Positions 39,101 through 51,400 of a DNA stretch of 64,000 bases are shown piece after piece. The stretch is from Sminthopsis crassicaudata (Eukaryota), in assembly GCF_048593235.1 (NCBI RefSeq), contig NC_133620.1:465587261-465651260 (forward strand), written 5' to 3'. Each line of letters begins with the position of its first letter. Positions within the stretch are counted from its first letter, which is position 1. A model generated the notes under the pieces. The model saw nothing but the letters and a program-made list of their open reading frames with translations, made no database searches and was not told where the DNA came from. A program made the translations under genes and the position numbers.

Positions 39101-40761
39101 AACTGGTCTCTCTATTCCTCATACCTAACATTCCATCTCTTCTTTTCATTCCTTTGTACGGGGCGGCTCTTTAGGTCCCATGCATGGAATGCCTTCCTCT
39201 TCCCCTCTGCCTCTTAGAACCCCTGATCTCAATCAAAAGTCAGGTCAGACACTGCTTCCTCCCAGGGCGCTTTCCCCCACCCCCATCCCAGTGATTATTC
39301 CACCTTGTTGCTCCCATCACTGGTGATTACTTTTCAGATGCCTTGTGGGTAGTTAGTTGTAAGCTATTAAAAGTTAAAACTTTTAAGTTATTAAAGCATA
39401 TGACCGCCTGAAAACTTTTGTTACCCGATGAAGATGTACCTGTTGGCACCCCACCATCCCCCATGTCACCCTCCCTTTTGTCCCTCCTCCAGGGCAAGGA
39501 TGAATCCATTTTTGCCTTTGCATTGCCAGCACCTGGCGCACAGTAGGAGTTTATTAGAAACAGAAGAGACAGGACCATGTCCTCCCTTCACAGATGAGAA
39601 AACCGAGGCCCCAACCGATTTGCCCTGGATCCTATCACTCAGAAATCTTCCTGCCTGCCCAGGACTCGCTGCCAACTCATCCATCTACTTTCCCTCATTC
39701 GAAGAAGCAGCAACATCTCACCGGCCCCTTTCCACTTGCTCAGGAAGTTGCCAAACCATCATCTCCAACAGTCACTGATAAAGGAAGAGAGGATACTTTC
39801 ACCAGGCCTCCCCTACAACTGCCTGCCACAACCTGCTCCCCAATTGTGGGGAGGCCGGCCCTCCTGCCTCCATTACCAGCTATCTCTGCATTCAAGCGTA
39901 GCCAGCGGCCCACGGTGGAACTAGCCGAGAGCCAGGTTTTCCAAGAACAGAGAAACGAGAGAAGCAGTGGGGAGGGAGGCTTGCCTGGGCAATGGCTCAT
40001 TCAACATCTGAAGACTCCCCCCACTATTTCCCAAAGCAGCAAAGCTGAATTTGAGCCCAACTATGGAGCCCAAATTCTGCCTTTCTGTAATTTCCACTAC
40101 CTTCTGTTCCCTGGGGCCAAGCAGAGAATTGAAAGCCCTTTCTTTCCACGGGATGGTTCTTTGAGAGCCATCCTAGCTCTGTCTCAAGATTTAGTTGCCT
40201 ACATAAATTTTGGAATATTAATATTAGAATGTTTGGAATATTAAAAATATCTGAAAACAGGAGCAATGAACTATCATAATCCAGCAACACTCAAGATTTG
40301 AAGATATCACCAGAAATAACCCTACCATCGACCCAAATAACACCTGTTTTTGTTCCAAAAAGTGCCAAGTATTTAATCACAGCATTTTAGTTCACCTCAA
40401 GCTGCAAGGGGTGATAGAAGAATCCTGTAGGCAGTTCAGAGTCTCAGTTTCTCTTTTTGTAAAGTACAATATGGGACAAGTAGAAAGCACACTGGATCTG
40501 GAGTCAGAGGGTCTGAGTTCAAATCCATCTATGATACTTATTGACTATGAGACTTTGGGCAGACCCTTAAATGTCCCTAGGTTTCAGTTTTGCTATTTGA
40601 AAAATTGGGTGGTGGTGGTGGTATACTGAATGTCCTCTGAGGTTCTTCCCAGCTACAGATCTGGGATCCTCCGGCTTGTCTCACAGGGTCATCTTAAGGA
40701 TGAAACAAAAACATAAAGCATCAAGGAAGCATAAACACGTTATCAATGTGAAATATGGTAT

Positions 40762-41339
40762 TGACAAGGAAACCCCCAAATTCTGAAAAATCCTTAAAGG
40801 AGAAAACCTCCTTGGACTCTGCCTCAGGGAGGGGACTCCACCTTAAGCACAAACAGTTTCATCTTTGTTATCTGGCTCAGTCCTGAAACCCATTGAATTC
40901 AATTCAAATTCTAACCCTGGCTGAAACCTAGCCAGGAGCCAACCTGGGACCTCACCCACAGCCCCCTTATAAAAGAGCCAAGCTGGAGTCCTCTCTTTGC
41001 AGAGGTCCTAAACATGGCAGCCTTACGCTTGGCATGCACAGGATCTCTGCCCACTGGAACCCTGGTTTCGGTGCCTTTTATCTCTACCTTCAACTTTACT
41101 AACTAGACTTTACTTCCAAACCCCATAATAAGCCTCTTTTATTAATCTAGGTTTTTAGGTCTGTAAATTCCTTTACAGAGGACTCCTGCACCGCCAGTAG
41201 ACCTCATTTAACTCTGTATCCTTGCACCGAATCCAAAGGGTGCAGGGGAGCTCTATTTGACTCCCTGTACCCCAAACCTGCCACTAGACCTCAATTAAAC
41301 CTAATTTCATTTAGGTGCCCCCAATTCTAAACCTCATCA
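40762..41339 (+). mobile_element. Solo ERV LTR (578 bp), probably ERV1 class
   Basis: TGA...TCA termini with 4-bp TSD gtat (40758-40761 and 41340-41343). TATAAAA at 40968-40974. Decayed poly(A) signal AATAAG at 41127-41132. A 4-bp TSD is typical of ERV1-class integrase; the family was not identified. Confidence 0.8.
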
Positions 41340-41854
41340 GTATTACACTGGAAGGAGAGAATGGAAGGTAATTTTTGTAAAATACCACCTTACCAAGAAA
41401 CTGAATCCTAGAATTGTTAAGCAGTGAGCGTTGGGGGGCCATCCTGTACCTCCAGAATTGAAACTGGTTTGCCTCCATTTTAGAGGCAGGAATAGAAAAG
41501 GGGATTAAATGGGATTTCTGCCCATTAATTACTAAGAACTGAATGACCTTGGGTAAACCTTGACTGCTTTGGAACCCATCTTCCTTTCCTGTAAGAAGGA
41601 GGGGCTTTGATTATCAATCATAGCTCAGGGAGGGTCCCTGACCTCAGGTTAAGGCTCCAATTATATTTAGATACTGAGGAGGGATTTAAATCCATTTAGG
41701 GGTTCTTTCTACTCATATCACCTCTGCTTCTGTTAGTCTGAGATTGTAGGATACCGAAAATATATCCCTTAATTGGCTTAATCTTCTAGATTTTTTTTTT
41801 TTAATTAATGTTATTTTATTTTTTTTCCAATCATATGTAAAGATAGTTTAGGAT

Positions 41855-42049
41855 GGGAGTTCTTAACTCTAAGTCCATGAACTTGAGTTTTTAAAGAAAT
41901 ATTTTGCTAACAGTATATAAAGACAATCGGTTACCTTTGTCATTCTATTATCTTACCCATTTAACAACATGATTCTGAAAAGGGTTTCATGCTTCGCCAG
42001 ACAGACCGCCAAAGGGGTCTACGACACAAAAACCACTTAAGAACCCCTG
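41855..42049. mobile_element. Older hAT-type MITE
   Basis: Ends ggagttcttaac ... ttaagaacccctg (degenerate Charlie-like TIRs). Related fragments near 53535-53550 and 55150-55205. Confidence 0.5.
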
Positions 42050-42803
42050 TTCTCGGAGTACTCAATACCATTTCACACAGAAGCAAAGAAAGTAGTTATG
42101 TTTATCCTTCAGCATCCCAGAGATAAGTTTCTCCAACCCTTAATTCTGGAAATAAGTACAAGATGGAATCACAAAAACCACATTCATAAAATATTATAGT
42201 ATGCAATTTTCTTCTCAAATTCAATAACCCCCAGTTGAAAAACACAATCACAATCATAAACATCTGGAAGAATTTGACCACTCTTAACTCTTTAGCGGCG
42301 CCTCCATCCTACACCGCCTTTCATGAGCACTCCAACGCCATTGCTACTGGGACACCAGTCATTTCAGAATGAGCTCACTTAGCAAACCTAAAAGTTAACC
42401 TGTTTTTAAGCATCTCCAAGAATCTGAGCTTTGGAACAAGATCGGACATTTCCACAGAGCAGACCCTGGGTCAGCCGCCATGACATCAGGTCATCGGGCT
42501 ACGTTTGGGAGGGTTTGCTCCTGGAAAAAGGCCGGAAGCCCACTTGCTTGGTGGCTGGACCTTCTCGTGCTGCTAACTGGGTCTCCCCTTTCTGTTGCCA
42601 AGTGTGTGCATCATCACAGGAAGCCTCAGAACAGAGATCCTGGTAGGGATCCGAACCAGGTGAGAGCATAATTTTACAATGGTTCCATTGGCATTGGCTG
42701 ATACCATAAATGTAAGTGTTTGCTGCTTAAAACCAGGCTCCAGTCCACTTAATAAAGTCTTAATAAAGACAGCCCACACATTCTTGTGTTTGTATAAAAG
42801 ATA

Positions 42804-42809
42804 TTTACT
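42804..42809 (-). terminator. Candidate distal CUX1 poly(A) signal (AGTAAA variant)
   Basis: Minus strand GAAGTAAATATCTTTTATACAAACACAAGAA followed by GU-rich TGTGTGGGCTGTCTTT. Sits near the distal edge of the transposon-free zone. Confidence 0.4.
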
Positions 42810-45476
42810 TCAATTATCACACCTAGGGTGCTAGTGAATAATAATAATAATACATCGTGTGAGTTTCATACAGTGATATTGCTTCTCCATATCATATAGG
42901 GACCGTTGTACAGTGCTGAGAACAAACATTATATGGCTAACCAAACGAAGACAGAAGAAACAATGCCATTGGGCTGGCCCAAGGGGACTTTTGCCCCGAT
43001 GCCGGCCATATAAACTTTTTACTTTTTATGTTTAAACAAATAGCAAGAAATAAAATGTTACAAAAGATGAGTCACAGCAACACAACAAAGGCTTCTCAAA
43101 GCTATTTGTACAAAAAAAAAAATGACACATTTTTTTGGTCAATTGGGTCTTTGTGAGGATTTTTTTTTTTTAAATCTGTGATTGTGAATTTAACAAACAA
43201 GCTCTAAAAACATCTAAGACTTAGTGCGTTACAGAGAAAAAAAAATATAAAATACTGCTAAAAATGTAAGACACCACAGTACACTGGGGTAAAACTGAGC
43301 TTATTTAAAAAAAATGAAATTGACAAAAAAATCGTTCTCAGGAAAAAGTACACCACTTTCTGTTTTGAGTTCATTTTGTGCTGTATTAGTAGTCAGGGCA
43401 TGAAAAAAACTCTGCCCATTATCATGGCAAGTAGTTATTGCACAAATGCAAAGAGTTAAATTTCTCACTAAACAAAAAGGGATGTGAAGAAAACCACTTA
43501 AAAATAAACGAGAAAAAAAAAACCCAACCCTTTTCTGTTATAACAAGTTACTCTCAAATGCCTTGGGAATTTTGTCCAAACTCTCGAGTCGCTTAAATAG
43601 ACGGCATTTTTCTGAGGGGTTTGTCGAGGGTGGGACGCGTCCTGCCAGCGTTCTCGAGAAGAGGAGGAAACCAGCTCAATCTATAGAAATGCATAGACTA
43701 TTTGGGTAAAAATAAAAACCCTCTGCAGAGGGGGACAATGATTTTTTTTTTTTTTTAATCAGAGGAGTTTACTCAAAACAAAAACATCACCTAGTTTCCC
43801 ATCCTCCCACCCCCAAAACAAAAAAACCCAACAAAACAAACAAAAAAATAAAACCAAGAACAGGATGGGGGGGAAAAAGCCACGGCACACACACAAAAAA
43901 TATGTTCAGAAAAAAAAAAAAAAAAGATCTGTTGTTTAGTGGGACCATCCATCCTTAGAAGGCAAAGTGGGAGTTTGCTTCTGATCCATAGAAGCAGTGA
44001 TGTGCTCAGTTCCTTAGACCTGGGCCTACTGTAAGTAAGCTTCTTTCTCCTGGGACCCATGCTGGTTTAGATCTGACTGAAGCCCTGGCAGTTAGTTAGA
44101 GGTGTTGGGAAGTAGACCCCTTCTTGCTCTTTTCTCTTCCTCCCTTCCCTTGAAAAGTGGACGAGATCTGGAGCATGCTTTTCATTTTATGAAAGTTGCT
44201 GCCTCTCTCTGTGGCTGAGGTTCTGCCTACAGAATGCTCTTTTGAATGTTCCGGGCCCCTTCCCAAATTAGTTCTAGTTTCTGAGGGGCCCAACGATGGC
44301 GGGCGCTAGGAAACGTCGTTTCACCAGACAGTTTTGGCTAACTTTGTAGGCAAGAAAACAACAAACAATAACAATGACTCTGAATCCGTCCAACTAAAAC
44401 ACGTTAACCGAGAAGAACATTGCAGGAAACCAGTCTCTCATTTAACAGCGATATCCTTGGATAGACTGACAAAGGATGACTCTTATCTTCATGAATTCCA
44501 AAGTATTGAGAGAGGCTCTAGGAGGCTTTGGGTATCTAATCTTGGCTTTTTGCTAAGTCTTATTTTGCAGTCCCTCACACCCGTGATCTCAGCACTTTAA
44601 TTAACTGGTGGACTTTTTGTTCGTCAACTCTTTAGGTTAAATGGTGAGCAATAGAAGGAGATCTTTTAAAGGGTTACTGCAAAAAATGGCTGGCTTGATT
44701 GTGCTAAGCAGACTCTGAACCCATCAATCCACTAGAAATCCATTGTCCTGGCCCCAACTGGCCAGGGTTCCTTCATCCCAGGAATCTGGAAAGGCGGGAG
44801 TTGTGTTTACATGGGGGGAAAAGCATGTGCACACATACATGCACACACACACACACACACACACATACACACACGCACACACACACACACACAAATAACC
44901 AAACTACTCTGAAAAAGATTTTTAAAAATAATGACCCTAATAATAAATAGAAGAGGATAGAAATAAGCTTTAAAATAAGACATCCTTTTATAATTATTCT
45001 TATGTTAACAGGTCAGGGCCAGGCCAATTTCAGTAAGAAAAACAAAACCAAATCAGGGCTTGGAAGTGCTGACCAGGTGGGAGCCCCAAAGGAACAGAAT
45101 GGAAAACCGCCCCATTTCCCACGCTCCAGGCTGATGTCATGACATTCCTTCTATAGAAATATTTCAAGGCATCCAAGAAAAGAGGTGCTGTTGGTCAGGT
45201 CCAGATCATATGGGTGCTTGATGAATCGCTGTCTCGGAGGTGCACGTGTGGACAAATCGCTCACTCGGGATGGGAGGGACCCTCCAGGGACACCATCGAG
45301 AGGCTGAGGGATGGGGTGGGTCACTGCGGCAGATCTTACACTCGCAAGGCAAAAGAAACCCCAGTGAATCTACTTAGATGTGGGTATGACCTGAATCACC
45401 TCGTTCCAAAGCTGCTTTGTCTACATTCGGTGTGCAATACAATATGAAACTTTTAAAACTAAAAGATATAGAAATG

Positions 45477-45482
45477 TTTATT
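45477..45482 (-). terminator. Candidate CUX1 poly(A) signal AATAAA (internal site)
   Basis: Minus strand reads GGTGCAATAAACATTTCTATATC..., followed by U-rich TTTCATATTGTATTG about 25-45 nt downstream. Confidence 0.55.
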
Positions 45483-48400
45483 GCACCAAGCTTTTCTATC
45501 TATTTAAGTATTTTCTAGTTTTCTTTCTAATTAGCAATCCAGGGTCACTCAAATGCAGCCATGTTTAAATTTAAAAAAAAATTGTTTACTTTTTTGTTTT
45601 GAACTAAATCTGTCCTGTCTGCTCATGTGTACACTGTGCTTTAGGTCCTTTTCAATGGGGACATGGTAATGACATCAGGATATAAGGCACCTTTCCTTTC
45701 TGATTACAGAAAGTTTGATAAATAACATTTTATGGTAGAAACATCAAAATCTAAACATTGCTAAAGAATGTTGCCATTAGACTTTGGGACTTTCTGGAAT
45801 AAATAAAAATAACCTACAAGAAGTGATTCAGAGGACTTAAAAAAAGATGACCTCTCTAGAAAGAGAAAACAAAGAGGTGCTGAGAAAACCACTCTCGACA
45901 AAATCCAGCACCACGGCCTGATTTTGTCCTTTCTCTTGCCTTAAAGGGGGCTTCTGGTGGCGATGCAAAACTCGAAAACCGAGCATTTGGGGCGGGGGGT
46001 GAGTAGGAGCTTTGGAAATTTTTTGTTAAAGCTAAATGTCACTTTACACACAAAAACAAAGAATGTCAACGATGAAAAAAGACTGTCATGGAAATGTCAA
46101 CTCCTTTCAAGGGAGGAAAGAGGTGGGAGAATTAACAGTTATGAGCAGAAGAAAAGGAAGTCAGGGGCGAGGGCTAGTCTGTGAAGACTTGGTGTGGGCT
46201 GGCAACATTTGGAAAGGGCAGTTCCCCCTTGTCCACCCTTCCCCAACCCCAGCCCCCATTTGAGATGATCTCTTTCACCCGGCTTGCTTTAGTTTACACG
46301 AGTATAGAAGCTGCCAGCAAATTGATTCTTGACTCTTAGTGTATAGTTTAGGCTTGTAGGGAGGAGGGGATCCTAAAAAGCTACCTTTTTTTAGTAGATA
46401 AATGACTTCTTTCGCCTAAAAAAGAGCAGAAGCCATCGGCAATCGGGATACTTTTCATTCTCAGACAGTTCTGAGCATGCAAACATGGCTGCCAGTCTGC
46501 TAAATGGAGGTAGCCTGGTATTAGGATGGATATTACCTGAAATTACACGGTTGGAACCTTGCCAGTCTCTTTTCCTTTCTCCTCTTCCCTCTCCCCTTCT
46601 GGCATAATCATTTTACCTTGGAGACTCTAATGACTGATTTCAAGCCATTAAGGCACAAAACAGAAACCGCTGTGCCTCTTTGGGGGCCTCTAAATATAGG
46701 ATTTTTCTGGGAATGCATATTATTTACCTGCCCAGGTATAAGGAGATTACACAAATTGCCTGGCATTTATCATTGCTTTCCAAAGAGTCATTCCATTCTC
46801 ACACACATGATCACCAGCAGATTAGTCACACCATCTTAAGCTGGAGGATCGGCCTTCGAGAGGCTCTAGCCCAGCTCCTTCCTCTCTAAGACAAGGCAGC
46901 AGAGGTGCGGAAGGGCCAGGCCCTGCTCCTCCAAGGAGCCCAGGAGGGTCTCTCGCCTTCTAATTCAGCACAATTCTCACCGAATATACTGAGGCTGTGC
47001 AGAAAGCCTGCGGATAACGGGCACCAGTGGGATTTTATGAATTCACTGGGAATCTGAGCAATCTAGACACTATGTTCTTTAAAAGGCCAGTTTATTGGGG
47101 AGTGGGGTGGTGGTGGCTAGAAATCTTATCCTCCCTACCCCAAGATGGGGATTTATGAATCCTTTAGATGGTCTGGACTCAGAGTAAAAATATGGAATTG
47201 GGTTTGCTAATCCCAACTAGGTAACTAAACAGAGACCCGGGGCTACCAAAGATCTTTGCCATTTGTTTTGTGGGATAGTGGCTCTCACTGATGTCAACAG
47301 CAACGGCCGGCCCCCAAAGGTGGAGCAGAACGGACTGAAGAGAACGAAAGGAAGGAAAAGAGAGAAGGAACAACAAAGAAAAAGGAGAAAGGAAGAGGAA
47401 AAAAGGGAGAAAGGAGGGAAAAAAGAAAAGGAAGAAAAAGCAGAGAATTAAATAGGAGAAAGAAAAAAGAATGGAAGAAAAAAAGTAAAGAGAAAAAGGA
47501 AGGACTATGAGGAGGCAAGAGAATATGAAAAATGAGCAATTCATCATTCCGTATTCCCCAAACCGTGTGTCTCAGTGACAGAAGGGAAGAACAGCAGTCA
47601 CTCGCTAGCTCTCTCACCTACCATGAGGTCTGGTTATTCCCTCCTTTCCTTCCTGTCCCTGCCCACTGTCCCAACAGCACCATTGGAGAGGAAGGTGTAG
47701 AATGATAGGAAGATGGGAGACGAGGGGTTTGACAAGGGGGTGGGGCAGAGGGGTGGCCATTTTCAAAGGAAGTCAAGAGCAGACTATATTACTTGAAGTT
47801 CTGGCCTAAAATCCAAATCTTATCCACAAGTTTCATCTTTCAGCAGTCATTTCCCCAGCTGGCCTCCTTCCTCTAAACTGAATTATGAAATCTAGAAATT
47901 TGGGCTCTGAACCCCACACAGCTCAGCTGCCAGACGTGTCTTACTGCATCTTTTAAGATGGAACGATCTCGTGGCTAAGTCGCACCTTTTTTTTTTCTTT
48001 AATGTCACAATCATCATTTTACTTAGTATTCAATAAGTGTTTGCAGAATTAAATGTGACTCTGTACTGGCTCCAGAAGGGCCTGTCCCTCTGCCCTCCCT
48101 TCTCCCTCCTGCAGGCCTTCAGTTTATTTTAAAGGGAGATTTGTTTTTTCTCTCCAGTGAAAATCAAAAACTGGAGACGATTCCATAAGATGCTGAAGGT
48201 CTTACTGATCCCTTTCTGGGTGTTTCCATTTTAAAGGGGCAGAATTTCAAAGAAGTCTTGAGTCCCTGGCTGGCTTCTGAGTTTGCTCTCTCGTAAGGGA
48301 TACAGGCCGGGCGAGCTTGGGCCGAGGGAGCCCGTTTCCCCAAGCCCGATTTGTCCATTTCAGAGCAATAAATAAGCATTTCCAATCTAGAGCTTGCTTT

Positions 48401-51400
48401 ACTGGGTATTCCTTGTCTCGCTATGAGATCACAGCGTTGTGAGTGCCGACTTGGAGAGAAGGGGCCAGACTCCCATCTCTTCTTCCTGCAAGGATGCCCG
48501 ATGGGGTGATTGCTTAGACACTAATGACATTTTCCCTCCTTTCCCTGTTCACGCCTAAAGAGGCTGCTGCCTCCGAGGCAGGCTAACTCGGGGGCCTGTT
48601 TCACAATCTAAGAGTTCTAAATATGTGGTTGGGTTTTTTTGGAGGGGGAAGAGGAGGTCATTGTTCTTTTAAATGGGAGAGAAAACAAGAAATTATTAAA
48701 AGAAAAACTGGTCGGGGGCATCCGTGTGCCTTAGATGGGCAAACACTCCAAACGCCTGCTGCCACACTGCGTCCTCCCCTCCACTCTTCCTCTATTAGTA
48801 ACTCTGATTGAAATGACTGAGTTTGAAAAATCCTCTCAGGTGGAGGGAAGCCGTCTCCCCTCCCCTCTTGCTGGCAGTGATGTAAACCAACATTCTCGGG
48901 CCACGTGCTGGGGCCCGACCTCCCTCTCCAGAATGGCTGCCCCTGGTGCCGTCACGTGGCAAGAGAGCCGAGCTTCCCTGCCATGCACGACCACAGGTTT
49001 GCCCCTTGGGCTGGCACGCCACGGGGCCTCCCATCAGACCTGATTCTATCTGAACAAACACACCCTCCATCACGAGAACCACCGACGAACCCGAGCGGGA
49101 GCGGACGCCAGCAGGGGGACGTGACGTGCCCAGTGCTGGCTGGCTAAGGTAGTCGCAATGGCAACCTTGACTCAGAATTATGAATACTGCCTCCAATTAG
49201 CACAAAGAAACCGTTTTAAATGGTATAATGGAGCTTGTAATTAAATGTTAGTGTTTTAAATGGAAACATTTCCCCCGGGGAAGAGGTACAAATCAGCTCT
49301 CTAAAGTGACAGAGGATACGGAAGCGGGCGATCTGCTTGCATGTGTGATGGAGAGTGAGACACGGGCCAAAGAGGAGTGGGAAGAAAGAAAATGTCAACT
49401 AAGGGCACGCTTTTCAAGGCACTTGAATATTGCTTATCAAGATGAAAGATTAATTCATGTTCCATTGGTTTCCATGTCCTATAGTGGGAGCGCTAAGGAA
49501 GCAGGAAAGACACAACCAAAGACCACCGGCCTGAGATCGAAACTGAGCAGATAAATACTAGGGGAGGGGGAGAACCCGCCCCATGGAGCCAGCTGATTGT
49601 ATCAAGCACCCAGATGGGAATCCGGCCAGAAAAAAAGAAAAAGAAGTCAGATTGAGAAGGCCGTCGAGTCAGAAATGACTCCCCAAGTCACGATTTACTT
49701 GGAGGAAGCGAGAGAGCCGAGGTCCCAGCAACTTTGCTCATCAAAGTTCCCGGGACTCGATGGCTTTGCAAAGACCAGTCTTACCACCTAGACATCCATT
49801 TCCAACTCCGACTCATGCTGTGATCTGGTAGGTTTCCCCAGGGTCCCTCCCTAAGGTGTGCCCCCTCCCCATCCTGTGCTCTCCATGGTCCTGACAAGTC
49901 TCTTCTCAGGGTTGGCCCCTTCCGAAAAACCTCCCTTCCTCCTACCCCGGGACTCGTGAGATGGGCACCTGCTTTCTCTCCAAGGACCTCAATTTTGAGC
50001 TTTACTTCTAACAGAAATCTCAGTACTAGAACCAAACTTGGAGCCCAGAGCCGATGCGACCATAAGGACAGAAACTACCGTCTCCCAGCCTCCTAGAGCC
50101 TTCTGCATACTTCTTGTTCATGAAAAGGCATTTTTTAAAAAAAAGTGTAGTGACTCTGAATTTGTGAACACTCAAACTAAGTGCTGCAGGTTAAGAGACT
50201 GTAAATGAAATACATCGTTTCTAAAACATCATGCAAGAAATATGGTTTCACATCTTACAGTCCGAGTTCTATTAGTTAATTAATACAAGCACGCTGAGGC
50301 GTGATCGTGGGGGAATACCTTCCAAACTGTAGCTCCCCCTCCCCGCAATCAAAAAGAGAAAAGATTAATTTCAACTTAAGAAATAATGAATGCACCATGA
50401 AAATGTCATCCAAAGATGCTGACCTAAGACAAAAGTTTCAATGATACACAATACGGTCAAAAGTTTTCAATCAATAATATACAGTATGACAACAACATTT
50501 TGTAAAGTATACCCAATACTGCCGGCAGTCTATCCCACTAAAGAATATNNNNNNNNNNNNNNNNNNNNNNNNNNNNNNNNNNNNNNNNNNNNNNNNNNNN
50601 NNNNNNNNNNNNNNNNNNNNNNNNNNNNNNNNNNNNNNNNNNNNNNNNNNNNNNNNNNNNNNNNNNNNNNNNNNNNNNNNNNNNNNNNNNNNNNNNAATA
50701 AAGGAGTCTAAATTAGCAAATTTGTTGAAGCCAAACTGATAAAAGAGCGTATTGAAAAAAGGTGGCAGTAATGCACTCTCATGTGTGCACAGGTACGTAA
50801 GAAAAGACGAGACGTAGAAAACGGCTTTCATGCGCGCACTCACACTCACTCACGAACTCTCTCACTCACCTCTGTTCTCACGCATCTACACATAGACAAC
50901 AGGAGGAATTAGAGACAAGTTAGACTTCTGATTTGTACTCAGTCTGTCCGAAACTGTGCATAAAGGAAGCTTGTTTCCAAGAGGCAAACTTGACGAAGGG
51001 CAGAACCATCTGGACCGCGGTCCAGGAGCATGAACGGTTTGGTTTAAGAGTTAGGGCCACTTCTTGTTTGGGGGCGAGGGGGGGGCGGATGGTTACTGCC
51101 GGGCACTCTCTTCTTCTATAGGAAAAAAACAAAAAAACCCCAACCGTCTTCCCACAACTTCAACATAGTGATCAGTGCTTGTAGTGGGAAGAGGGAGAGA
51201 TAGCAAGAGTGAATGTGATAGCAAGAGATGGCTTGTGGGAAGGGGGAGACGGAGGGAGAAACAGAGGGGGGAGNNNNNNNNNNNNNNNNNNNNNNNNNNN
51301 NNNNNNNNNNNNNNNNNNNNNNNNNNNNNNNNNNNNNNNNNNNNNNNNNNNNNNNNNNNNNNNNNNNNNNNNNNNNNNNNNNNNNNNNNNNNNNNNNNNN

